The position numbers and the translations under genes are program-made. A stretch of DNA of 63,799 nucleotides, filler included, from Folioceros fuciformis (Eukaryota), in the NCBI GenBank assembly GCA_049999805.1. It is 6 parts of 6 records of this genome, joined end to end, with 100 filler letters (N's around TTAATTAATTAA, not from the genome) between each part and the next. Parts side by side here need not be neighbours in the genome. Positions count along the whole stretch, not along the records: positions 9,026 to 25,391 come from JBNGIO010004571.1; positions 25,492 to 37,868 come from JBNGIO010004572.1; 4 more parts are not named here. One strand, 5' to 3'. Of this stretch, positions 23,044-35,048 are shown piece by piece. Numbering within the stretch: the stretch's first letter is position 1; each line of letters starts with the position of its first letter. A model generated the notes under the pieces. The model was not told the DNA's origin, ran no database searches, and worked only from the letters and a program-made list of their open reading frames with translations.

Positions 23044-25391
23044 CAGTCCACCCTCCCTAAATGTTACCTGTTGGGAGTAGGGCATTGGGTAACATTTAAG
23101 GAGGTGTAACATATAGAGAATTTAAATATTTATCAAAAATAAAATTATTAAATATATTGAAAATATTTTAAATATAAAATACAATATATTATTATATATT
23201 ATTATATATAATAATATATAATAATATATAATATGTTTAATAATACTATAAATTTATAGTAAATAAAATAAAAAATGAACTCCTAAATGGCTTAAAAAAA
23301 CGGGTTATTTCCTAACTTGCTTTAAAACTTCTTNNNNNNNNNNNNNNNNNNNNNNNNNNNNNNNNNNNNNNNNNNNNNNNNNNNNNNNNNNNNNNNNNNN
23401 NNNNNNNNNNNNNNNNNNNNNNNNNNNNNNNNNCCCATATATCATCTCTATCCGGAGTAGAAAAGATAGCACATGCATTTGTCACCTCATAATCAACAAA
23501 TTCTTGTGCAGACATAGTAGGGGTCAATCCTGTTGTGCCAAGTCCTAAATCCCTTAGCTGACAAAGAAGCATTTCTATTTCTACGTAATCTCTATTGAAC
23601 AAATCTTCACGTGTTGCTTGGTTGTCTTGTTATTGCTCATCATCACTGTTAGCATTCCATTTCTCAAAACTAAGTTGATTCAAGTCTATATCCGACACGC
23701 TAGCACTTGCTCTCTCCTGCCATAACCCAGAGTGTTTCCAACAATTTCTAATGATTTTCCCTTTAACATCGATACGCCAAGCTTTTTCCAACATAGTCAC
23801 AGCATGGTATACATCAATAAGAGGAGAATTACCAACCATTTTGAATCTCTTGGATTTGATGCTAGTACGGCCCCTAACTCGGCCTTTTCCTGTAATTGGC
23901 CTTAAAAGACTGTATAATGCCAACCATAGGTTGGTAACCCATAGGTTGGTAACGAGTCGTAATATTAGGAGGAAAAAATTCAACCCTTGTAATTTGAAGC
24001 TTACTTTGTGTCTTAGCTTATAGTTTATGAACAGGAGCATTATCCAAAAGAAGCAAGACATTAGTACGGCCCCTAACTCTCATACTCGCATCAAAAAAGA
24101 GAATAAATTGCTCAAATAAAGCCACCGACATACAAGCATTTGAGTTTGCTGACCAATGAATACCCAAATTCTCCACTTGTCCAATGTTGCGACTGGTAAA
24201 AGCTCTGGGCCTCAGGAATTTGTTGATCACAAAGGGTGGTAATTTATAACTACCATCCATACTGGTTGTCAAAGCAATAGTTATCCTTTCCTTTGGAGTT
24301 TTCTTCTCGCTCAACCTCTTCCTTGCCAATGTTTTGTTCGGTTCCAATCTGTAGAACAACCATGTTTCATCCATGTTAAAAATATCCTGAGGCTCGTATT
24401 CTCGCATGATACTTTTAATGTCTTCCATTCTATCTTGGACCATCTGCGATGTATCAGCACTTGCAGCTTCTCTATGCTTCACAAAACCTTTGATGCCATG
24501 TTAATGTTTAAACTTTGCTACCCAACCATGAGAAAATGTTAGTGGTTTTTCCAACCTTTCTGCTTATGGTAACCTATCAAAGAACTGTTTTTCCATTTCA
24601 CACAACATATCGTCAGAGATAGTGACATTTCCTTCCATCGTCACAAACCATGAAAACAAAGCCTCCTCAACCTTGGGATGAAATGTATCCTTACTTCGTT
24701 TAGAGCTAGCTTCATGATCCTTTACGTTTCGAAACTCATCTCCCTTCTTGAAAATTCGACTTATGGTCATAGCAGAAACTGGCATGCTGAATTGATGAGA
24801 AGCCCAAGCACTAACCTCTCGATTAGTAGCTCCACTATAAGCATCTTTGTATAATATTATTTCTTTCTTTTGCCTCATCGTCAAAGATAATTTCTTCTTA
24901 CTACTTGGTTCTCGCGGCATATTGAATTCACCTTAAGAAAAGCAAAAGTTACAAACATACAATTTAATAATTGAGTACTCAAAATAATGAAATACAAAGT
25001 ATCCCAAATCTAATATAGAAACATACCTCCAAATATGTGATTTTAGAAGCTTTTTTGTGTAAGGCTATCCTAGCGCATTTCACCTTAACAAGCAGAACGT
25101 ACGTGGATGGAGAATAGATGTTAGATCAAAAGCCTTCAACAATAAATACAAGAGTTACTAAAACCTATTACAATTTGAATGTGCTAACATGCTCCTTCCC
25201 AAGCTACATGAAAGCGTTAAACTGCCAAGATAGATAGTTATAGGATTTCGGGGCTTAAAACCATCGTGAAATAAGAAAAAATAATGAAAAATAATGCATG
25301 AAATAATAAATATTAAATCAAGTTAAAAAGAAAATATAATAATTAATTTTTACTTCATACACTCCTATATACATAAATACTTACTTACTTC
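23044..25391 (-). mobile_element. Decayed pogo/Tigger-type (Tc1/mariner superfamily) DNA transposon
   Basis: TA followed by CAGT at 23042-23047, with a subterminal inverted repeat (cctccctaaatgttacc/ggtaacatttaaggagg) and AT-rich subterminal DNA. The other end is lost at the contig boundary. Confidence 0.8.
23434..24920 (-). pseudogene. CENP-B/Tigger-like DDE_1 transposase pseudogene
   Basis: HTH region (LSLTMRQKKEII...VEEALFSWF, FSHGWVAKFK), IFNMDET, KERITIAL, LLLLDNAPVH, FFPPNITT, IRNCWKHSGL. Several in-frame stops, and a short duplication at about 23923-23953 (YQPMGYQPMVGII) replaces the third-Asp QPxDxG motif. Confidence 0.92.
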
Positions 25392-25818
25392 NNNNNNNNN
25401 NNNNNNNNNNNNNNNNNNNNNNNNNNNNNNNNNNNTTAATTAATTAANNNNNNNNNNNNNNNNNNNNNNNNNNNNNNNNNNNNNNNNNNNNACTGTATAT
25501 AGTTTATATATTAATAATCAATTTATTATTAAAAATAACCAACTTTGGACCCGGCCCTTTTCATGCGCCGACCCGGCCCGTCCTACCCGCTGACACGGAA
25601 CTGCGTCGGACCGCGCCGTGAGCCACAGTTTTCAGCAGGTTTCCTTTAGGACTCGGGAAAGTCCAAAACGAAATGCGAAGTCCCGTCCTCGGTGTCGTTT
25701 GCATTGTGCAAGGCCCTTCAGTCACATCCGTGCCGTGTCATAGAACAGAATTGATGTACCGGCAATGCGTAGGTTATACGAGTGCGATTAGAATCAGGGT
25801 TATAATCGTTGTTTTCGA

Positions 25819-28800
25819 CTATGCGAGATCCAAGTGCGGTAGCAGAGTATCCAGGAAAGAGTACAGAAATCTCTCCTGCTGGGGCTTGGCGCCGTCTCCC
25901 GCCGAGAAAGTACGCCTCTCTAGTCCATGGTCGACCCAGCTCAGGCCGGGCTGTATCCATGCTCCTGAAGCATCCCTCATCTTCTGGATCTCCTTGGCAC
26001 AGTCAAACATGCCAGCGTGAGCGTAAACGTTCGACATCAGCAAATAAGCTGCCCCATGCTTAGGCTCTAAGCCGACTACAATATCGAAGGTCTTCCTTCC
26101 CAGATCTACTTTCCCATGCTTTCGGCAGGACCCGAGCAGTGACAACCACATGTTCAGATTAGGCTCCATTGGCATTGTCAACAGCAGCTCTTCCGTCTGT
26201 CTGAACAGTCCAGCGCGACCACAAAGGTCAATCATGCTGCCGTAGTGCTGAATCGTTGCAGGGATGCCATGGTCTTTGACCATGGACTCAAAGTACTCCA
26301 GGCCTTCATCTACCATGCCAGCATGACTGCAAGCAGAGAGAAGAGAGCAGAACGTTACACCGTTCGGGTTTATTCCTGCTAGACGCATGTCCCTGAAGCA
26401 CTGCACGCTCATTTCATACTGTCCCTGACTAGCGTATCCCGCAATCAGTGAATTCCATGACCACAGATTGTCCTGGGGCAGAGAGTCAAACACAAACCTT
26501 GCATCCACCATACTCCCACACTTGCCGAAAGCTTGGATGAGAGCTGTTGCCACGCAAGGACGGCGCTCTAATCCTCTATCTACAACATCTCGGTAAACCT
26601 GATGGCAGATGCTTAGCGCGCCCAACTGGCAACATGATTTTAAGACGCACAAATACGTTACTTCATCTACTTCTGCACACTCCTGTTGCATTTGAGAATA
26701 CAATTTCAGGCCTCTGTCCGCTTCACCAAAATGTGCGTAACCTGCCAGAAGAACATTCCAAGAAACCACGTCTTTTGTCTCCATTCCTGTGAATGAATCT
26801 TCAGCGTCCCTGACGCTGCCACACTTCACGTAAAGACTGGCAAGTACGTTGCAGTAGAAGGTGTCCCGCTTGGATAGCCTGCATACAGCTTGAGCATGAA
26901 TTGCCTTCCCAAGTTGCAACGCTTCGGCTTTGATATACTGCCCATCCACAAAGATACTCTCTTCCTGCTGGGCAAGACTGCCACATGCTTGAAACAAAGA
27001 GACAAATGTATCATAGTCAGGAGGAACAGATGCCTCCAGCATATGATGATACAAGTCCAGGGCCTTTCCCCCTTCCTTCAGCTGGACATATGCTGTTATC
27101 ATCACATTCCATAAATCAACCTTTCGTTCACACACGTTGTCAAAAACATGCCTTGCCTGTGAAATGCTGCCACATTTGACATAAGCACCAACAAGCGCTT
27201 TAGGTAGAAAGTTAGAAGACTCAAGACCATTCAAAGCAACCTCGAAATGTATCGCCTTCACACTACGTAATGCATCAACTTTCAAACATTCCATTTCGAC
27301 ACTAGTGCTTTCCTCTTGCCCTGCCAGCACTTTACATGCCTTGAGGGCGGTAACAAAGGTCTGATCATCTGGCTTGACACCTGCCTCCTGCATTCCCCAA
27401 AACAGCTCCAAAGCCTTCTCTCCTTGATTCTGTTGTACATATCCTACAATCATGGCTGTCCAGGAGACTACATCCCGCTGAGACAACCTACTGAACGCAA
27501 GATGTGCATCAACGAGGCTCCCACACGCCGCGTACAGGCTAACAAGGCTGTTGGACACAAAAACATTGGATTCGTAACCACTTTGAATGGCCTCAGAGTG
27601 CAAGACCTTGCCTTTATGCAGGGCTTCCACTGTCACACCTAGACCTGGTATGGCATTCTCTTCCTTTTCAGCAATGCTGCTGCATGCTTGAAATAAACTA
27701 GCAAACGTCCAACCATCTGGTTGGATATTTTCCCCTTTCATGTGGTCATACAACTCTAACGCTTTGTATCCTTGCCCATGCTGTGCATAGCCTGCAAGCA
27801 TTGCATTCCATGATGCCACAGACCGCTGGCACATCATGCGGAACGCAAATTCTGCATCAACTAAACTTCCGCAATTGGCATACAAATTCACAAGAGTAGT
27901 ACCCACAAAGACATCTGCGCCATGTCCACTAAAGGCAGCTGCAGCATGTAATGCTTTGATCTTTGTCAATGAGGTCACTTTCACTGCATTGCCATCCACA
28001 AGCAGACCTTCTTCATATTCTGAGAGAACACTGCATGCTTGTAGCACAGTGGCGAAGGTCCATTCATTTGGACTAGTATCTTCCTCCTGCATCTTACGAA
28101 ACATCTTGAGAACCTCCTCAACCTCCCCCTGTTGTGCAAATCCTGCCATCATTGCTGTCCACGAGACTACGTTTCGCCTGGGCAGAGTATCAAACACACG
28201 TTGGGCATCCAATGTACTCCCACATTTTACATACATGCTGACGAGACTGGTGTTGACAAATACATCAGACTCATACCCGCTCAGAACTGCTTGAGCATGT
28301 AAAGACTTGCCATGATGCAATGCTGTGACTTTCCCACACGGCGTACCAATGCCTTGAAATTCTGCAGAGTAACTACAGGTTTGGAGCAGAATGGCAAAGG
28401 TTCGCTGATTTGGTCTGAAGCCGTAATCTAACATTTGGCCATAAACTTCCCAAACTCTTTTCTTCTTATCTGGCTCCTTCTGTTGTGAGTATCCTGAGAG
28501 TAACGAATTCCAGGAAACTACATCACGTTCCGGCAATCTGTCAAACACAACTTGAGCATCCACAATGCTGCCACACTTCGCATACATTGTCATGAGCGTG
28601 TGAGCAACACAAGGGACTAAGTCACAGCTGCAGACCACAGCATCAGCATGAATTTCCTTACCCTTCCTCAGGGAGACTATTTTGACAAATTTTCCATCCA
28701 AGACAACACTCTCCTCAGTATCAGCAAGGCTACTACACGCTTGAAATGCACAAGCTGTCATCCAAACGTCTGAAGTTATGCCCTTCTCTCGTACCTGTCT

Positions 28801-30086
28801 GTAAATCTCCAACGCCTTATGTCCTTTCCCCCGCTGGACATATGCTGAGATCATTACACTCCATGACACCACATTTCGGTGCAACAAACTGTCAAACACG
28901 AATTCTGCATCCCTGATACTCCCACACTTGGCATACATTACAATGAGCGTGTTCACCACAAAAACATCAGACCCAAAACCCTCAAGAGCGGTTTCAGCAT
29001 GCAGTGCTTTCCCCTTCTGTAGTGAATCCAGCCTCAACGTCTCTCCATCAATAACCATGCCCTCTTCATTATCTGCAAGGTACCCGCAAGCTTGCAGCAC
29101 GCTCACAAAGGTTCGGTTGCTTGGCCTAACATCTTTGTTTCGCATTATGGCGAAGAACCGCAAGGCCTCCTGTGCATCATGCCGAGCGTACCCTGCAAGC
29201 ATGGCGTTCCAGGAGGCTCCGTCGCGCTGAGCCAGATAGTTAAAAACATCCCGTGCATCAGCAACGTTTCCACACTTAGCATACATATCAATCAGAGACG
29301 TTCCGACAAACACGTCAGCCTCACACCTTTGTCTCAAAATGTCACCGTGGATACGCTTCCCCTCCATCAAAATCGCTAAGCTGGCAACAGCTTTGAGTAC
29401 AGCGACAAATGTGTACTTGTTCGGCTCCACACCGTCACCTTGCATCTGCCGGTACATTTCTAGAGCCTGCCGCCACTGCCCCAACTTGCAGTGACCTGAA
29501 ATTATTGTCGTCCACATGAAAACAGATCGGTACGACAATCTTCCCATCACTTCCAGAGCACCTTCAAGGCTGTCACACTTCACCAGAGTCTCTACAACAC
29601 AATCACCCAAATACCTGTTCGACTCCAGCCCATTCTTTGCCATGAGGGCGTGTACTCGCCTCGCCTCAGGGAGAGCCTTCTTCTTGGCACACGCTTGCAA
29701 CACCATCCTGTACAACTGCGCAGAAGGCACACTCCCATGCTGCTCCACTGCGATGCAGGCCTCCACGGCCTTTTCCAGCTCTCCCTCCTCACACAAGCGT
29801 CGCAATTCAAAGATATGCGGAAAATTCGACTCCGTCCTGCAAAACCAGAACCTCATCCTCACACGGTGCCATCCCTGCAAACACCCAAACAACACTTCCT
29901 CTTCCGCATTCCCCCTTGGTGAGCTTGCAAGTCACTCAGTGCAGGAGCCCATTACCATTCACGTCCCGCGCTTCCAGTTGCCAGGGTCCGCCTCGACACA
30001 GATCCACACGTCACCATCAACCTGGCACGCCGAGAGGACAACCAAGGGGGCTTCCAAGGAAGATGCAGCAAAATTGGCCCCGCCAT
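25819..30086 (-). CDS. PLS-class PPR protein (E/E+, no DYW), organellar RNA-editing factor type, 7 long-L triplets
   Basis: 1358-aa ORF of P-L-S repeats ending in E motifs and a PG box (WIQPGLSWVDH...TFSAGD). A likely first exon 30086-29956 (MAGPILLHLPWKPPWLSSRRARLMVTCGSVSRRTLAT, targeting-peptide-like) joins in phase to 29836 via a 119-bp GT-AG intron. Confidence 0.95.
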
Positions 30087-30692
30087 TCTCTTGAACCTGA
30101 AGTCGGCATGCTGGGAACCTTCATGACCCACACTAAACAGCTCGCGCTGAATCTGGAAGCTGCGTACATCGCACATGGCTCGGGCTCTCACCCCCTCCTA
30201 CGCAAACCTTCTCGGGCGCAGCGCACTGATCAGGCGCAGTTTTAACTGCCCACGAAGCCCACAACCAAGTCACACCAAAAGTGCGCAGTCCAAGGTCGCA
30301 CCGTGCACCATGGTGGAACAGCAGATCGACAGCATCCCGCCTTCAGGCACAAGAGAATGGATATGAGCTGGTTGGACGACATGAGCCTTCAAAAGATTGC
30401 GAATGGGCCCCGCCCTTTTCGCAATCGAACATAGCGCTGATCTCGCGCTCTCTGTCGCCTTCTTTTCGAATGACAGACACAACCCTAGCTTTCCACGTTA
30501 AATAGCCTACCCATACGAGCTTTCATCGTGCGACGTGATGGAACGTGAGGAAGATGGTTGACTGTGTGCCCGGCATCTCATAGATATATTCCTCAGTCGA
30601 CCTAGGACAGATATGCATGGTGAGGAGAAGCCACCCTATGCAGCCATCGGAGTTTCTGGTGCACTATCTGCAATGCATGGAGCAGCACTACT

Positions 30693-33029
30693 GTGCTGGC
30701 ATGTGTGGCACTAACAGGAAAACGTGTGCTGGTATGCTGGCTCTGCCTGGACTCAAGAGTAGCCCTACTTGGCCAGATGGCAGCCAGTCTGGGATGGCTG
30801 GAGAAGGCTCTGGAGGTCATGGAGCAACCAGGCAGCATGCCGTCAGTGCAAGTGTACGACAAGCTACTGAAGGTGTGCTTGCAGAACAAGTCCCTGGCTG
30901 GGGCAAAGCGGGTCCATGCCCACTTGGTGAAAAGTGGGCTGGAATCGGACATGTGTCTGGCTGAATCGGTGGTGGAGGCAATGGTAAGGTGCGGAAGCCT
31001 TGCAGATGGGCTGCAGTTGTTTGAGAAATTGTCTCGCAGAACTGGTTACACTTGGACGGTCATAATTTCGGGATACTGCAAGGCTGGGAGATGGATGGAG
31101 GCCCTGAAAGGGTATCAGCGAATGCAGCAGGAAGGTGTGGAGGCCAACAAGTATACTTTCACGAGCTTGCTCAGAGCGTGTGGAGGCTTGGCAGACCCGG
31201 AAGAAGCGAAGCGAATCCATGCGGACATGGTGAGGCAGGGATGTGAGGTTGATTTGTTTGTGGGTGCAGCGCTGGTCGACATGTACGTCAAGTGTGGAAG
31301 CTTATCTGACGCTCGACATGTCTTTGACAGGTTGCCTGAGAGGAATGTGGTTTCATGGACTGCAATGCTTGCAGGATACGCCCAGCAAAACCAAGGAGAC
31401 GAGGCTATCGTGCTGTATGAGCGAATGCAGCAGGCAGGAATCACTCCTGATCATCGGACCTTTGTGATTGTGCTTCAAGCATGCGGCAGCATTGCCGAGA
31501 AGGAGGAAAGCATCCTGGTGGACGGTGAGGTGATTGAGGTGGATGGTCTGCAGAAGCTGAAAACATTACACGCCGAAGCTGCTCGGAAAGGGCATGAGTC
31601 GAATGTGTTCGTTGGTACCACGCTCGTCAGTGTTTACACCAAATGTGGGAGCGTCAGAGATGCAGAATATGTTTTTGAAAGGTCCTCCCAGCGCAATGTG
31701 GTGTCGTGGAATGCAATGGTTGCAGGATACGCCCAGCAGGGCCGCGCAGAGAAGGCCATCGAACTTTACGGTCGGATGAGAAGGGAAGGCGTTTCTCCTG
31801 ATGTGCACACTTTCGCTAGTGTGCTTCAAGCATGTGGTCTCCTTGCAGAGAAGGAAGAAAGTAGTCTTGTTGATGGGCAAGCCATCAAAGTGCGGAGTCT
31901 CCGCATGGGGGAAGGGATACACGCTGAAGCTTGTTTGAAGGGGTTCAACTCAGATCTATTTCTCTGCAACTCTGTAGTTAGTATGTATGCTAAAACTGGG
32001 AGCATCAGAACTGCAGAGGATGTGTTTTTCAGGCTGCCCGAGCGAGATTTGGTATCATGGAATGCGATGCTTGCGGGCTATGCCCAGCATGAAGAGGGGG
32101 AGAAGGCGTTGCGACTTTATGCCCTGATGCGTGCGCAAGGCGTCAAACCAGACGAAATCACCTTCTTGTGCATGTTAGAAGCATGCAGCAACATCGGAGC
32201 TTTGAGTAACTGTTATCAGATCCACCGCCATGTCGTAAGCAGTGGTCTTGACCGTAGCTGCTTGGTGGGAACTGCTCTTATTCATGCCTACAGCAAATGT
32301 GGGAGCATGTTAGATGCTCGCTATGTTTTTGACTCACTACCCGAGAAGAGCCTGCGGGCCTGGAGTGCATTGATCGCAGGGTACGCCCGTCAGGGACACT
32401 ACACCATGAGTGTAGAACTGTTTGAAGACATGTGTCTGACAGGCGTAGAGCCGAGCGGAGTGACTTTTCTCTCGCTCCTATCCGCATGCAGCCATGCTGG
32501 TATGGTGGATAAGGGCCTGGCGTACTTTGAAGCCATGACCAGAGATTATGGTATCTCGCCCTCAGTCGAGCATTACGGCACTCTGGCTGACCTCTTCGGT
32601 CGCGCAGGACTTTTGAGTTTGGCAGAAGGTTTACTGTTGAAAATGCCGGTGGACCCTAATCTGACCATGTGGTTGTCATTGCTTGGGGCCTGTCGGAAAC
32701 ATGGAAATGTAACACTGGGAAGAAGAGCCTTTGATCGAGCAGTCTACCTGCAGCCAAAACATTGTGCAGCATATGTGCTCATGTCAAATACCTATTCACA
32801 GGCTGGCATGTGGATGTCGGCGCGGGAGATAGATGACCTCAGATTGAGAACAGGAGCTTGGAAGGAACCTGGCCAGAGTTGGATCGAGCACGATATGAAA
32901 GTCCACACGTTCGTAGCAGGAGACCAAAGGCACCCGCAGTCCAAAGCGTTGTATGGACTTTTAACCAAACTCCAAAGAGAACTTGAGGAGCGGACAGCCA
33001 TGTCACGTCCAACACAACAACTTCCCTGA
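30693..33029 (+). CDS. PLS-class PPR protein (E+, no DYW), 2 long-L triplets
   Basis: 778-aa ORF of P-L-S repeats ending WKEPGQSWIEHDMKVHTFVAGDQRHPQSKALY. The true start is uncertain (first in-frame ATG at 30777, or an upstream exon). Confidence 0.95.
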   Translation: MLACVALTGKRVLVCWLCLDSRVALLGQMAASLGWLEKALEVMEQPGSMPSVQVYDKLLKVCLQNKSLAGAKRVHAHLVKSGLESDMCLAESVVEAMVRCGSLADGLQLFEKLSRRTGYTWTVIISGYCKAGRWMEALKGYQRMQQEGVEANKYTFTSLLRACGGLADPEEAKRIHADMVRQGCEVDLFVGAALVDMYVKCGSLSDARHVFDRLPERNVVSWTAMLAGYAQQNQGDEAIVLYERMQQAGITPDHRTFVIVLQACGSIAEKEESILVDGEVIEVDGLQKLKTLHAEAARKGHESNVFVGTTLVSVYTKCGSVRDAEYVFERSSQRNVVSWNAMVAGYAQQGRAEKAIELYGRMRREGVSPDVHTFASVLQACGLLAEKEESSLVDGQAIKVRSLRMGEGIHAEACLKGFNSDLFLCNSVVSMYAKTGSIRTAEDVFFRLPERDLVSWNAMLAGYAQHEEGEKALRLYALMRAQGVKPDEITFLCMLEACSNIGALSNCYQIHRHVVSSGLDRSCLVGTALIHAYSKCGSMLDARYVFDSLPEKSLRAWSALIAGYARQGHYTMSVELFEDMCLTGVEPSGVTFLSLLSACSHAGMVDKGLAYFEAMTRDYGISPSVEHYGTLADLFGRAGLLSLAEGLLLKMPVDPNLTMWLSLLGACRKHGNVTLGRRAFDRAVYLQPKHCAAYVLMSNTYSQAGMWMSAREIDDLRLRTGAWKEPGQSWIEHDMKVHTFVAGDQRHPQSKALYGLLTKLQRELEERTAMSRPTQQLP

Positions 33030-33799
33030 CTGGTTGCTGGGGGAAGCATAACACAACTTTCTCTCTCGAACGACCACACAGTCGAAGCATAATGGACAAG
33101 AAGCTAGCCAGCCAGCCTTCTGGATCATAGATTGCAAGAACGTATCCCAGCTACACGCCTACCACGCATGCATGAGAGCTTCCAGTCGAACGTCCATATT
33201 CTGCAGTGTAACTGTCCTTCGGCGTCGGCAGAAGGAGAATCACGTCTTCTACCAGACCCATATGTCGGAGGTACGAACTTGTGCGTAACCCGGCTGGCGC
33301 CATGGCATGCAAAGAAGGATGATCACTACTCTCCGTCGTGCAAAAGCAAAATCCCAAAGATCCGCAGCTGCGCTGTAGGAAGATCCGCACTCGAACACGA
33401 GATGACACAAAGGCGCAACGGAAATCGACAGGATGTACTTGGTGCAAATGTGATGCAGCGTTTCGAGACAAGAAAAAATGGAGACTGGGCTGTGTTGCGG
33501 GCAGGGGCCAGCATGCTGCTATTGTACTGAACGGGCACTAGCACCTGTTGGAAGTGCCGGCAGCTGTTGAAAATGACGGTGAAAAATCCTAGTCCTTCGG
33601 GCGGGTCGTGAACGTTACGAACCCCACTGTAAACATCTGATCAGTTATTTACTACCAGAATAGAAATGATATCTTAAGGGAATCCGATAACAAGAAATAT
33701 GTTATTAACAAAAAGAAAACGTACGAACAATTCTTCTTCATCCAATGCAGCCACAGAAAACATTCTTCCACTGTCTAACGTCATGTTATACTTGCACCA

Positions 33800-33995
33800 C
33801 AAAACCCTAGTACAAACGTACAAAACCCTAGTACAAACGTACAAAACCCTAGTACACAATTGCACACGCTAAACCTACCTTTATTCACATGCTAGACCCA
33901 CCTTTATTCTCCATGCCATTAAGACCCACCTTTATTCCCCATTCCATGGAGACCCACCTTTATTCCCCATGCCATGGAGACCCACCTTTATTCCA
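33800..33995. repeat. Two adjacent minisatellites: 21-bp caaaaccctagtacaaacgta x3 and about 28-bp gacccacctttattccccatgccatgga x4
   Basis: Directly visible units. Confidence 0.85.
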
Positions 33996-34070
33996 TTGAG
34001 ACCAACGGGGGCCATTCACTAGGCTTCAAGGGGTTAGCTCCTAGCGTTCCTATCATGGACGAACCATGAC

Positions 34071-34091
34071 AGGGTTTAGGGTTTAGGGTTT
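34071..34091. repeat. Short interstitial plant-type telomere repeat (TTTAGGG register, 3 units)
   Basis: agggtttagggtttagggttt. Confidence 0.75.
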
Positions 34092-35048
34092 ATGAACTAT
34101 GACAGGAACACTATGGGCTAACCCCCTGAATGAAGATGGGTTTTTGTCAAATAAATAAATTACTTCTTATACTATATGATGTCCATATTCAAGTCCATCT
34201 TACTAAAAAGAAGTACCCAAAACCCTAAACATTATGAATATGTTCAACGAAATCAAAGTTTGTCAAGCTGAAATCTTAGCTCCATACCTTCTGTTGAAAT
34301 GGTGGATTCAAGAATGTTTGGTCTATGAATTATGATTATAGTCTATATTTATTCATAGTCTATTATTACTATAATCATTTCATTACTTTGGGTCTTGTTT
34401 TAGTCTTGCCATCTCACAATGGGTGTTACATAATCCATTCCTTAATGAAAGGATTTTGTAGAGTTTATCGTAATGCCCAGAAACATACTGTCTTGTCTGG
34501 CATACAATAATCAAATAAGATTTGTACGTATATTATTCAACTATTACATATTAAAATATGGAACTAAGTGTTTATATAGGTATCTTATTCCATGTACCAT
34601 TCTTTTAAACAACTATTCATCAATAAATGAACATTACAAATAATCATGAAACTTTCCCAAACCTAACACACCTTTGTAAAAAGNNNNNNNNNNNNNNNNN
34701 NNNNNNNNNNNNNNNNNNNNNNNNNNNNNNNNNNNNNNNNNNNNNNNNNNNNNNNNNNNNNNNNNNNNNNNNNNNNNNNNNNNCAATGAAGTAAAATCAT
34801 TTGTATCTTATGTTCAAGTTAAGAGTAGAAGATCGTATTTAATCATGAATTACTTAAATTATTTATATATTATCTATTAATTTATATAAAATTTATATAA
34901 TGTAATAAACTAATAACTTGTTTTTTTGTACATATTATATGGATTATTTTATGCAATAATTGAAAAAGAAAATACTTGTTAAGGTAGGTAGGTCATATTC
35001 AATTTTCACTTTGCTTGAAAAGCTTCCGATGAAACTCATATTTGGAGA

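Noticed and set aside
23434-24920. Domesticated CENP-B-like gene
   Set aside because: Multiple stops, the lost third Asp and a retained TIR indicate a dead transposon.
25492-25497. actgta as the right TIR plus TA TSD of the pogo element
   Set aside because: Only 6 bp, and on the far side of an artificial spacer, so it cannot be tied to the element.
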